A stretch of 64,000 nucleotides of DNA from a bacterium (lineage in GTDB: Bacteria; Verrucomicrobiota; Verrucomicrobiia; Limisphaerales; J093). The stretch's first letter is position 1. Each line of letters opens with the position of its first letter. The DNA is taken from contig JAKANS010000001.1 of the NCBI GenBank assembly GCA_021823625.1, positions 16,483-80,482 of the forward strand. The letters run 5' to 3'. The notes below the pieces were generated by a model. It searched no databases. It saw only the letters and a list, made by a program, of their open reading frames with translations, and was not told the DNA's origin. The position numbers were made by a program, and so were the translations under genes. This document shows positions 55,708 through 64,000 of the stretch, in pieces.

Positions 55708-56853
55708 ATGAAAAAGAACCCAAGCACCCAATCTCCCAACGACCGTTACGTCATCATCATGGCCGGCGGGCGCGGTGAACGCTTCTGGCCGGTGAGCCGC
55801 GAGCAGACGCCCAAGCAACTGATCAAGCTCCTGGGCGACCGCTCGTTTCTCCAGCAGGCCGTGGACCGCGTCCTGCCGCTGGTGCCGCTCAAAAACATCC
55901 TCGTCATCACCAACGCGGCCCAGGCGCCCGAGGTGCGGAAACAGTTGCCCAAGCTGCCCAAGGAAAACGTCGTCGCCGAACCGATCGGACGCGACACCTG
56001 CGCGGCGGTGACGCTCGGCGCGGCGATCATGGGCGCGCGCTCGACCACGGCGGTCATGGCGGTGTTGCCGGCGGACCACGTGATTCCCGGCGAGAAGAAG
56101 TTCCAGCAGGTGCTCGCGGACGCGTTCGATCTCGCCAGCCGCGGGCAGGTCATCGTGACCATCGGCATCCAGCCGACCGAGCCGGCGACGGGCTACGGCT
56201 ACATCAAGCTCGGCCACCAACTGCCGCCGCCCGCGGGCGCGAAGCGGTACAAGACCGCGTTCTTCAAAGCCGAGCAGTTCAAGGAAAAGCCGACCCATGA
56301 AACGGCGGTCGAGTACGTGAACAGCGGCCATTACCGGTGGAATGCCGGCATGTTCGTCTGGTCGTTTGTGACGATCACGAACGGCTTGGAAATGCACCAG
56401 CCGGAGATGTGCGCCGCTTGCCACCGCTGGTTCGAGGCCGCCGGCAGGAGTGCCGCGGCGCTCGCGAAGGTGCTGGCGAAGGAATACCCGGACCTCAAGA
56501 AGATCAGCATCGACTTCGCCTTGATGGAAAAGGCGCACAATGTCGTCTGCGCGGACGGCGATTTCGAGTGGGACGACCTCGGCGCGTGGCCCGCGCTCGC
56601 CCGCCATCTCAAACCGGACGCCGCCGGCAACGCCGCCGTCGCGGATTTCATCCACGTGGACGCCGCGCGGAACATCCTTTACGACGCGCGCTCGAAGGCG
56701 AGGCGGACGCCCATCGCGCTGGTCGGTGTGCACGACGCGATCATCGTCCAGACCGACGACGCCACGCTGGTCGCCCAGAAGAGCCAGGCCCAAAAGATCA
56801 AGGAATTGGTGAAGAAACTCGCGGAGTCCAAGCCGTACGCGAAACTCGTCTAG
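55708..56853 (+). CDS. mannose-1-phosphate guanylyltransferase
   Basis: IIMAGGRGERFWPVSRE nucleotidyltransferase motif. 381 aa. Confidence 0.85.
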   Translation: MKKNPSTQSPNDRYVIIMAGGRGERFWPVSREQTPKQLIKLLGDRSFLQQAVDRVLPLVPLKNILVITNAAQAPEVRKQLPKLPKENVVAEPIGRDTCAAVTLGAAIMGARSTTAVMAVLPADHVIPGEKKFQQVLADAFDLASRGQVIVTIGIQPTEPATGYGYIKLGHQLPPPAGAKRYKTAFFKAEQFKEKPTHETAVEYVNSGHYRWNAGMFVWSFVTITNGLEMHQPEMCAACHRWFEAAGRSAAALAKVLAKEYPDLKKISIDFALMEKAHNVVCADGDFEWDDLGAWPALARHLKPDAAGNAAVADFIHVDAARNILYDARSKARRTPIALVGVHDAIIVQTDDATLVAQKSQAQKIKELVKKLAESKPYAKLV

Positions 56854-56865
56854 CGCTCCGCAACC

Positions 56866-59800
56866 ATGCCGGCAACCTCGTTCTTCCGCTTCAGGCTCCT
56901 TCTGGTGATGGCGCTTGCGACGGTTTGTCTGGGGTCTGTTCAAGCCTCAGCCCGCCGGGAGTTATCCCTGGAAACCGGCTGGTTCTTCCAAACCAACGGC
57001 GCGCCGGCGACGGCATGGAAGCCGGTGCGAGTGCCGGCGACGTTCCAGGATTACGAAGGCACGAACTTCCACGGCATCGGCTGGTATCGGACCGCGTTCA
57101 AACTCGAACCACCGCCGCCAGGCCAGCGTGTGCTGATCCACTTTCAGGCCGCAGCCACGGTGGCCGAAGTCTGGTGCAACGGCGTTCGCCTCGGCCGCCA
57201 CCTCGGCGGCTGGACACCGTTTCGATTCGATCTGACCGAGGCCCTTCACAGATCGACCGCGCCGGGCACGAACGAACTCCGCGTCCGCCTTGACGAAAAG
57301 GTCGGCCACAACACCCAAGGTTTTCTGCCGATCGTCGAGCCGCACTTTGGTGGCCTCTGGCAAGGCGTGGAGTTGCTCACGGTGGCGGCGACCACCATCG
57401 ATGACCTTCGCCTGCGCGCCGTCGGCAATCCAAAAACCGGCCGGCTCGAACTGGAGATTCCGCTGGCCGGCGAGGACGCAGGCGAAGTCTCCAGTTTGAC
57501 GGTAGCAGTGCGCCCGCCGGGATCGAGGAAGTCGCAGAAGCTCGACCTCGCGCTCAGTACCTCGCCGCCTGCTGAACCACCGACGGCTCTCCCCACGCTC
57601 CGCCGCGAAGGGAACTCGCTGTTCGCGGAAATTCCGGTGGCGCATCCGCGGCTTTGGTCGCCGACGGATCCCGCGCTTTACGAGGTGGTGATCACCTTGC
57701 CAACGCTGAATGGCGGACGGGCGGGAGGCGATCAAGTCAAGATGCGCGCGGCTTTTCGCACGGTCGAGGCCAGCGGCCACCAGCTTCGGCTCAACGGCCA
57801 ACCGTTGAACGTCCGCGGTCTGCTGAACTGGGGTTATTACCCGCCGGAGCTTGCGCCGATCCCGGACGAAGCGCGGTTCCGTCGCGACCTCGAATTCGCC
57901 CGACGCCGCGGCTTCAACCTCATGAAATTCTGCCTCTGGGTGCCGCCGCCGCGCTACCTCGAACTGTGCGACGAGTTCGGAATGCTCACCTGGATGGAGT
58001 ATCCGACTTGGCATCCGCAACTCACGCCGGAACACCTGGAGTCGCTGCGACGCGAGTTCGCCGAGTTCTTCCATTTCGATCGCAACCACCCGTCGGTGAT
58101 TTTGCGCAGCCTCACCTGCGAAACCGGCGCGAGCGCGGACCTGGGTGTTATCAAGTCACTTTACGACACCGCCAAGCGGCTGATTCCCGGCGCGCTCGTG
58201 GAAGACGATTCAAGCTGGATCGAGTGGAATCGCGTCACCGATTTCTACGACGACCATCCTTATGGCAACAACGACACGTGGGTCGCGACCCTGAGCCGCC
58301 TGACGAACTACGTCGCCGGGCACGACACCAAACCACTGGTGCTCGGCGAGGCGATGGCGGCGGACACCTGGCCGCGCTTGCGCGACGTTGAACGCCGGCT
58401 CGGCAAGGACCGGCCTTACTGGGCGCCGAAGGCGCTGGACGCGCAGCAGGCTTGGCTGGCGCGTATGAAAGCGATCGCCGGCCCCGAGCCCTTGCGACAC
58501 CTGCTCCCAGATTCGTTGCGTTATGGCCTGCTGATGCGGAAGTACCAGGCCGAAACCTATCGTCGCGAAGTGCCCGCCGGCGGCTATGTCATCAGCGTGA
58601 TTCGCGACATTCCCAGCGCCACGATGGGGTTGATCGATTACCTCGACGATCCCAAATGGGCGGCCACGGATTGGGCCTGGCAGCGTGACACGATTTGCCT
58701 GCTCCAGACCGAGAACGACCGACGCAGCTTCGCCGCGGGCAAATGGCTCAAGGGCGCTTTGCTGGTCAGTCATTTCGGCAGCGCGCCGATTCGGAACGGC
58801 CGGCTCGAAGTCACGCTGGCCGGCGCTCGCGCCAAAGCGGAAAAATCACAGGAACCCGGCACGCTGAAGCCGTGGCTGGACTTGGATCTGCCGCTGCCCG
58901 CCAGCCTCGCGAAACCAGAGCGGTTGGTGCTGCGCGCCCGGCTGAAAACCGCCGCGGCGGAGTTTCGCAACGAATGGCCGGTCTGGGTGGTGCCGGCCTC
59001 GCCGGCGGTGTGCGCGAACCACGTTTGGGTGGACCCGGCCCTGGTCCCGGCCCTGAACCTGCCGCCCGCTCCCGGACCGCTTTCGGACGCGGCGCGGGAC
59101 GATGTTGTGGTGGCCGCACGCCTCGACGACGCGCTGGCCCGTCGCCTCGAAGCCGGCGGTCGCGTGCTGCTCCTGCCCGACGGCGGCAAAGGCAGTTTCA
59201 AGCTGGAGGATCACTGGTTTCTGCGCGGCGCACCTTACGTTAATACGGCGGCACTCGGCGACTCCGTGCCGCGCGAGTTGCTGGTGGAATTGCAGCACTT
59301 CGATCTCGCGAGCCGCGTGATTCCGAACCTGCCCTGGCTCGATCAGATCGACCCGATTCTGATGCTCTGGGACACGCACGACCTGAGCACCGTGAAGACC
59401 CACGGCTTGATCTTCGAAACTCGCGTCGGCCCCGGCCGGCTGCTGGTCAGCGCGGTGAATCATCGCGGCGCCACCAACGCGGTCGGCCGGTGGCTCTTGG
59501 GCGTGCTGGCGGACCACCTCGCAAACGGCCGTCCTCCGCGGCACCAGCTCTCGGACAGTCTGTGGCGCGGGCTCAAGGCGAAGCTGCACGAAGACAAGTT
59601 GCCGTTGGTGGACCGCACATGGCGGTTCAAACCCGAGCTGAAAGAGGCTGGTTTCCAACCCGGGTGGGCAGCGCCGGATCTGGACGACTCGACCTGGAGC
59701 GAGATCAAGATCGGTCGCGACTGGGAATCGCAAGGCTGGCCGAAGCTCGACGGCTGGGCTTGGTATCGATTGAAGGTGAGGGTTCCGGAGAAGTGGCAGG

Positions 59801-60069
59801 GCCGCTCCGTTTATCTCACGTTCGAAGGCGTGGATGACCTCTACGAGTTGTTCATCGACGGCAAGCTGTTCGCCAGGCGCGGTGACCTCGCCGCGCACAA
59901 AGACACGTTCAACGAAACCTTCAGCCACGATCTGACCGCGGTGGCGAGGCCAGGCGAAGAGTTGACGATCGCCGTCCGCGTCCACGATTGGTATGGCGCC
60001 GGCGGCATCTTCCGACCGGTGACGCTGGCCACCGCGCCGTGGGCGCCGGAACTGGAAGTGTTCCGCTGA
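56866..60069 (+). CDS. glycoside hydrolase family 2-like protein with a second C-terminal sugar-binding jelly-roll domain
   Basis: 1067 aa with a signal peptide. GH2 N-domain pattern GIGWYRTAFKL...VWCNGVRLGRHLGGWTPFRFDLT, which recurs as WAWYRLKVRVP...LFIDGKLFARRGD. Confidence 0.75.
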   Translation: MPATSFFRFRLLLVMALATVCLGSVQASARRELSLETGWFFQTNGAPATAWKPVRVPATFQDYEGTNFHGIGWYRTAFKLEPPPPGQRVLIHFQAAATVAEVWCNGVRLGRHLGGWTPFRFDLTEALHRSTAPGTNELRVRLDEKVGHNTQGFLPIVEPHFGGLWQGVELLTVAATTIDDLRLRAVGNPKTGRLELEIPLAGEDAGEVSSLTVAVRPPGSRKSQKLDLALSTSPPAEPPTALPTLRREGNSLFAEIPVAHPRLWSPTDPALYEVVITLPTLNGGRAGGDQVKMRAAFRTVEASGHQLRLNGQPLNVRGLLNWGYYPPELAPIPDEARFRRDLEFARRRGFNLMKFCLWVPPPRYLELCDEFGMLTWMEYPTWHPQLTPEHLESLRREFAEFFHFDRNHPSVILRSLTCETGASADLGVIKSLYDTAKRLIPGALVEDDSSWIEWNRVTDFYDDHPYGNNDTWVATLSRLTNYVAGHDTKPLVLGEAMAADTWPRLRDVERRLGKDRPYWAPKALDAQQAWLARMKAIAGPEPLRHLLPDSLRYGLLMRKYQAETYRREVPAGGYVISVIRDIPSATMGLIDYLDDPKWAATDWAWQRDTICLLQTENDRRSFAAGKWLKGALLVSHFGSAPIRNGRLEVTLAGARAKAEKSQEPGTLKPWLDLDLPLPASLAKPERLVLRARLKTAAAEFRNEWPVWVVPASPAVCANHVWVDPALVPALNLPPAPGPLSDAARDDVVVAARLDDALARRLEAGGRVLLLPDGGKGSFKLEDHWFLRGAPYVNTAALGDSVPRELLVELQHFDLASRVIPNLPWLDQIDPILMLWDTHDLSTVKTHGLIFETRVGPGRLLVSAVNHRGATNAVGRWLLGVLADHLANGRPPRHQLSDSLWRGLKAKLHEDKLPLVDRTWRFKPELKEAGFQPGWAAPDLDDSTWSEIKIGRDWESQGWPKLDGWAWYRLKVRVPEKWQGRSVYLTFEGVDDLYELFIDGKLFARRGDLAAHKDTFNETFSHDLTAVARPGEELTIAVRVHDWYGAGGIFRPVTLATAPWAPELEVFR

Positions 60070-60123
60070 AAGCACCGTCGCGACTTGCCAACCTGCGGGA
60101 GCACTCCTAGCTTGGCCGCCTCT

Positions 60124-61053
60124 ATGGAAAAAGTCGTCATCATCGGCACGGGTTGCGCCGGGCTCACCGCAGCGGTCTATACCGCGCGCGCCAACCTCGC
60201 GCCGCTCGTCCTCACCGGCATCATGCCCGGCGGTCTGCTCACCACCACCAGCATCGTCGAGAATTTCCCCGGTTTTCCGGAAGGCGTGGACGGCTATGAG
60301 TTGATGACGCGGATGCAGGCGCAGGCCGAAAAGTTCGGCGCGCGGGTGAAATACGGCACGGTCGAGTCGGTGGATTTGTCGAAGGCGCCCTTCACGTTGA
60401 GCGTGGACGGCGAACCGGTGCACACCCAAACGCTCATCATTGCGAGTGGCGCGAGCCATCGGCATCTCGGCCTGGAGAGCGAGGACAAGTTGGAGAAGAA
60501 AGGCGTCACTTACTGTGCGACCTGCGACGGCGCCTTGCCGCTGTTCCGCAACCAACCGCTGGTGGTGGTTGGGGGTGGTGATTCCGCGGCCGAGGAAGCG
60601 CTGTACCTGACCCGGTTCGGCTCGGTGGTGTACCTGATCCACCGCCGTGACCAGCTCCGCGCTTCGAAGATCATGGCCGAGCGCGTGCTCGCGCATCCGA
60701 AGATCAAGCCGGTCTGGGATTCGGTCGTGACCGACATCTTGGATGTAAACCAGGACAAGGTGACCGCCGTGCGGATCAGGAACGTGAAGACGAACGCCGA
60801 ATCCGAACTGGCCTGCGCCGGCGTGTTCATCGCCGTCGGCCACGTGCCGAACACCCAGCTTTTCAAAGGCGTCATCGACATGGATGACGCTGGTTACATC
60901 GTGCCCAAGCGCGGCTCCGAAACCAACGTCCCCGGCGTGTTCGTGGCCGGCGATTGTTCGGACCGGGTGTATCGCCAAGCCGTCACCGCCGCTGGCATGG
61001 GCTGCGCGGCGGCCATCGACGCGGAACGCCATCTCGCCGCGCTCAACCAATAG
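60124..61053 (+). CDS. trxB: thioredoxin-disulfide reductase
   Basis: 309 aa from ATG 60124. GTGCAGLTAA, CATCDG and GGGDSAAEEA motifs. Confidence 0.9.
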   Translation: MEKVVIIGTGCAGLTAAVYTARANLAPLVLTGIMPGGLLTTTSIVENFPGFPEGVDGYELMTRMQAQAEKFGARVKYGTVESVDLSKAPFTLSVDGEPVHTQTLIIASGASHRHLGLESEDKLEKKGVTYCATCDGALPLFRNQPLVVVGGGDSAAEEALYLTRFGSVVYLIHRRDQLRASKIMAERVLAHPKIKPVWDSVVTDILDVNQDKVTAVRIRNVKTNAESELACAGVFIAVGHVPNTQLFKGVIDMDDAGYIVPKRGSETNVPGVFVAGDCSDRVYRQAVTAAGMGCAAAIDAERHLAALNQ

Positions 61054-61089
61054 CCGGCGACCTCACCAACCCCCAAACCCAAGACCGCC

Positions 61090-61443
61090 ATGATCAAAAG
61101 CATCGCGTTCGTCCTCTACCCGGTCAGCGACATCGCCGCCGCCCGCGCCTTTTACGAAGGCCGGCTCGGACTGAAGGTCACGCTGAACTACCAGGACTTC
61201 TGGCTCGAATACGACCTCGGCGACAGCACCTTCGCCATCTCGAAGGCCGACGCCGAGCACCCGGTGCCGGTGCGCGGCGCGCTCGTCGCCTTCGAGGTGT
61301 CCGACCTCGACGGTTTTGTCGCGCGGCTTAAATCCGAGGGCGTGAAGTTCAACAAGGACATCGCCGAAACGCCGGTCTGCCGGATGGCCTTCGCGCTCGA
61401 TCCCGACGGCAACGAGGTCTTGCTCCACCAGCGCAAGAGCTGA
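61090..61443 (+). CDS. VOC (glyoxalase/bleomycin-resistance) family protein
   Basis: 117 aa with the typical beta-alpha-beta-beta-beta pattern (IAFVLYPVSDIAAARAFYEGRLGL). Confidence 0.8.
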   Translation: MIKSIAFVLYPVSDIAAARAFYEGRLGLKVTLNYQDFWLEYDLGDSTFAISKADAEHPVPVRGALVAFEVSDLDGFVARLKSEGVKFNKDIAETPVCRMAFALDPDGNEVLLHQRKS

Positions 61444-61575
61444 GCCTTGTTGGCCGGCGAATTTGCGCCGCACGCCGCCGGGGCTGTAGTTGCAGAAACA
61501 GGCCCGGGGGTGGATAGTTTTTTCGTTCGCCGCGGCGGCGGCCGTTGCTGGGCCTCCCGCGCGAATCTGCCACGA

Positions 61576-63048
61576 ATGAAGATTCTTCTGGTTTACCCGC
61601 CCACACCGGACACGTTCTGGAGTTTCAAACACGTCGTGCGGCTCGTCTCGAAACGCGCAGCCATGCCGCCGCTCGGCTTGCTGACCGTGGCCGCGATGCT
61701 CCCGGCGGACTGGGATCTCCGGCTCGCGGACATGAACGTCGAGCACCTGCGTGACGAAGACCTCGCCTGGGCGGACTATGTTTTTCTCAGCGCGATGCTC
61801 ATCCACAAGTCAGCGGTGCCCGGCATCGCGGCGCGCTGTCGGGCCTTGGGCAAGCCGCTGGTGGCGGGCGGCCCGCTCTTCACCGCCAGCCCCGAGGCGT
61901 TTCCCGAAATCCCGCACTTTGTCTTGGGCGAAGCGGAGGAGTTGCTGCCGCAAGTCGTGGCCGATCTGCGCCGCGGGGCCTTGCAGCCACTGTACCGGGC
62001 CGGCACGCATCCGAGCCTCGCGACCGTGCCGGTGCCGCGCTGGGACCTGATCGACCTGCGGCACTACGTCACGATGGCGGTGCAGTTCTCGCGTGGCTGC
62101 CCGTTCAACTGCGACTTCTGCGACATCACCGTCATGAACGGCCGCGTGCCGCGCACCAAAAGCCCGGCGCAGTTGATCGCTGAGCTGGAGCCGCTGCGCC
62201 AACGCGGTTGGCGCCAGATGGTGTTCGTCGTGGACGACAACTTCATCGGCAACCGCCATCACACGAAGGCACTGCTCCGGGAACTCATCGCCTGGCGCGC
62301 GCGGACGCAGTCGGAGATGGGCTTCCTCACCGAAGCCTCGGTCAACCTTGCCGACGACCCCGAACTGGTCGCGTTGATGGTCCAGGCCGGATTCAAGAAA
62401 GTCTTCCTCGGCATCGAAACGCCTTCCGCGGAAGCGCTCGCCGAATGCCACAAACTCCAGAACCGCGGCCGCGACCTCGTGGCCGACGTCGCCACGCTCC
62501 AACGCGCCGGCTTGCAGGTCATGGGCGGCTTCATCGTGGGGTTCGACAGCGACCAGACCGACATCTTCAAGCGCCAGTTCGACTTCATCCAACGCTCGGG
62601 CGTGGTCACCGCGATGGTGGGGCTGCTCACCGCCTTGCCGCACACGCGCCTCTACCAGCGTCTGAAACAAGAGGGCCGGCTGCTGGCCACGAGCACGGGC
62701 AACAACACCGAGGCCTCGCTCAACTTCCGGCCGCGATTGAGCGCCGAGTTCCTCCTCAACGGCTACCGCGAGCTGATGAAAAAGCTCTACGAGCCGCGCA
62801 CCTACTACCAGCGCATCCGCACCTTCCTGAAACAGCACAAGCCCGAAGGCCCGCGGCTGCGGGTGTCCTGGCCGGACACCCAGGCGTTCCTGCGCTCGTT
62901 CTGGGTACTGGGCCTGCGGCACCGCGGCCGCTGCGCGTACTGGCGGTTCTGTGCCAGCACGCTGCTCAAACGGCCGGCGCAATTCCGCCAGGCGATGGAA
63001 CTGGCCATCATCGGCTACCATTTTCGCCGCGTGGCCAGCCTGCTCTGA
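61576..63048 (+). CDS. B12-binding radical SAM protein with a DUF4070-like C-terminus
   Basis: 490 aa from ATG 61576. Cluster motif CPFNCDFC. N-terminal KILLVYPP cobalamin-binding-type fold. Confidence 0.85.
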   Translation: MKILLVYPPTPDTFWSFKHVVRLVSKRAAMPPLGLLTVAAMLPADWDLRLADMNVEHLRDEDLAWADYVFLSAMLIHKSAVPGIAARCRALGKPLVAGGPLFTASPEAFPEIPHFVLGEAEELLPQVVADLRRGALQPLYRAGTHPSLATVPVPRWDLIDLRHYVTMAVQFSRGCPFNCDFCDITVMNGRVPRTKSPAQLIAELEPLRQRGWRQMVFVVDDNFIGNRHHTKALLRELIAWRARTQSEMGFLTEASVNLADDPELVALMVQAGFKKVFLGIETPSAEALAECHKLQNRGRDLVADVATLQRAGLQVMGGFIVGFDSDQTDIFKRQFDFIQRSGVVTAMVGLLTALPHTRLYQRLKQEGRLLATSTGNNTEASLNFRPRLSAEFLLNGYRELMKKLYEPRTYYQRIRTFLKQHKPEGPRLRVSWPDTQAFLRSFWVLGLRHRGRCAYWRFCASTLLKRPAQFRQAMELAIIGYHFRRVASLL

Positions 63049-63234
63049 AAAGGCGCTGTCTCTTTACTCGCGGGGCGTGGGGGGCAGCGTTGCGGTGGCG
63101 TGAGCGGGCCTGGCACCGAGGTCGGGGCCGCGGGTAAGCCGCCCGCAGGTGACGGCAGACTCCCGACCGGACCGGTCAAGGTGCACTCCATCTCACAAAG
63201 AGGATTATCCTACAGTGTTCTTACTTACTGCCTA

Positions 63235-63263
63235 TTGACACACTTTATCTTCACAGCATACTT
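63235..63263 (+). promoter_or_regulatory. sigma70-like promoter candidate for vapBC
   Basis: TTGACA (63235-63240), 16-17 nt spacer, then CATACT/ATACTT, in a local AT-rich patch. The GTG start is only about 8 nt downstream. Confidence 0.35.
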
Positions 63264-63269
63264 CGACTC

Positions 63270-63563
63270 GTGAATACAACCACGAAGAACGACACCGTCT
63301 GGTTCACGACGAAGGGCCAGGTCGTCATTCCCGTCTGGTTGCGGCGGCAGTTCCAGATCGAGGAAGGCACCCGTGCCATCGTTTCCGCCACGCCGGATGG
63401 CATCCTGCTCAAGCCCGTGACCAAACACGCCATCAACCGCCTGCGCGGCATTCTCAAACGCAAGCCCGGCGACAAGCCCTTCGCGGTGGAGTGGCAGGAG
63501 CACAAACGGCAGGAAAAAGAACTCGAGGAGGCCAAGTATGCCCGCAGCACCGGTTCTCGATAG
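63270..63563 (+). CDS. vapB: AbrB/MazE/SpoVT-family antitoxin
   Basis: 97 aa with GTG start. WFTTKGQVVIPVWLRRQFQIEEGT looped-hinge-helix motif. Confidence 0.8.
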   Translation: MNTTTKNDTVWFTTKGQVVIPVWLRRQFQIEEGTRAIVSATPDGILLKPVTKHAINRLRGILKRKPGDKPFAVEWQEHKRQEKELEEAKYARSTGSR

Positions 63564-63942
63564 CCACGCCCTGCTGGCGTTCCTGCGCGGCGAAGCCGGC
63601 GACGACCAGGTGGCCGCCTTGCTGGAACAAGCCGGCGAACGCGACGCGCCGCTGCACATGACCGAGGTGAACTACGCCGAGGTCAAGTACCTGGTCGTTC
63701 GCAAGGATGGGGCGGAGCGCTGGGAGGAAATCGCCCGCGAACTGCCCACGCTCCCCATCGAATTCCATCCTGCCACCCGGGCGCTGGCCGACCTGGCCGC
63801 CGACTTCAAGGCCCGCCACAAGCTGAGCCTGGCCGACGCCTTCGCCGCCACGTTGGCCAAGGAGAAGAAAGTCGAACTCGTCACCGGCGACCCGGAGTTC
63901 AAAGCGCTGGAGAGGGAAATCAAGGTGCAATGGCTGGCGTGA
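63538..63942 (+). CDS. vapC: PIN-domain ribonuclease toxin
   Basis: 134 aa. Acidic quartet contexts VLDSHAL, TEVNYAEV, SLADAF and TGDPEF. Overlaps vapB by 26 nt. Confidence 0.85.
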   Translation: MPAAPVLDSHALLAFLRGEAGDDQVAALLEQAGERDAPLHMTEVNYAEVKYLVVRKDGAERWEEIARELPTLPIEFHPATRALADLAADFKARHKLSLADAFAATLAKEKKVELVTGDPEFKALEREIKVQWLA

Positions 63943-64000
63943 CACCACCTCCGGAGAACGATTTTCCTGACGATTCACGGGAGAACATGTCGCCGGCCGC

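Overview
This is a 64-kb high-GC bacterial chromosomal window, densely coding on both strands. I support about 50 protein genes. Most long antisense or alternate-frame ORFs in the track are GC-driven shadows of these genes.

Gene content:
- Three type II toxin-antitoxin pairs: RelE/ParE-type (341-807), Phd-like plus a degenerate PIN (55001-55677), and VapBC (63270-63942).
- A 1473-aa membrane protein with DUF1573-like, coiled-coil, two FGE-sulfatase and three PEGA domains.
- Housekeeping genes: SRP RNA (ffs)-dnaX-ybaB, panB, argJ, trpA, trxB, sppA and a DciA-like gene.
- An RND efflux pair.
- A glycan-utilisation stretch (SDR, CRTAC1/ASPIC FG-GAP protein, a GH-like gene, GH78 rhamnosidase), and further on a manC-like gene plus GH2.
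- A CoA-disulfide reductase-rhodanese fusion preceded by an orphan zinc anti-sigma-like protein.
- An ECF sigma / anti-sigma / DUF3106 operon.

The repertoire (prepilin-like N-methylation protein, FGE-sulfatase/PEGA, DUF1573, ASPIC) suggests a PVC-group organism (Verrucomicrobiota/Planctomycetota-like). This is inference only.

Most noteworthy signals:
1. A 3.8-kb low-GC two-gene islet (secreted Ig/jelly-roll protein plus metzincin) sits between argJ and an aldolase gene, bracketed by 76-nt direct repeats.
2. A family of structured intergenic repeats shows a compensatory base-pair change; two copies flank the GH78 gene.
3. A 36-nt block (perfect 16-bp palindrome plus T6) occurs twice, 26 kb apart. 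Together with another orphan plus-strand intrinsic terminator, these lie upstream of minus-strand genes with no plus-strand gene to terminate, so they are candidate sRNAs or operators.
4. A 149-nt nested palindrome lies in the panB divergent region.
5. A second hairpin repeat family has two copies.
6. There are two apparent 1-nt frameshifts: one in a Ca2+/Na+ antiporter and one in a small ORF upstream of the giant gene.

No rRNA, tRNA, CRISPR array, transposase or integrase was recognised.
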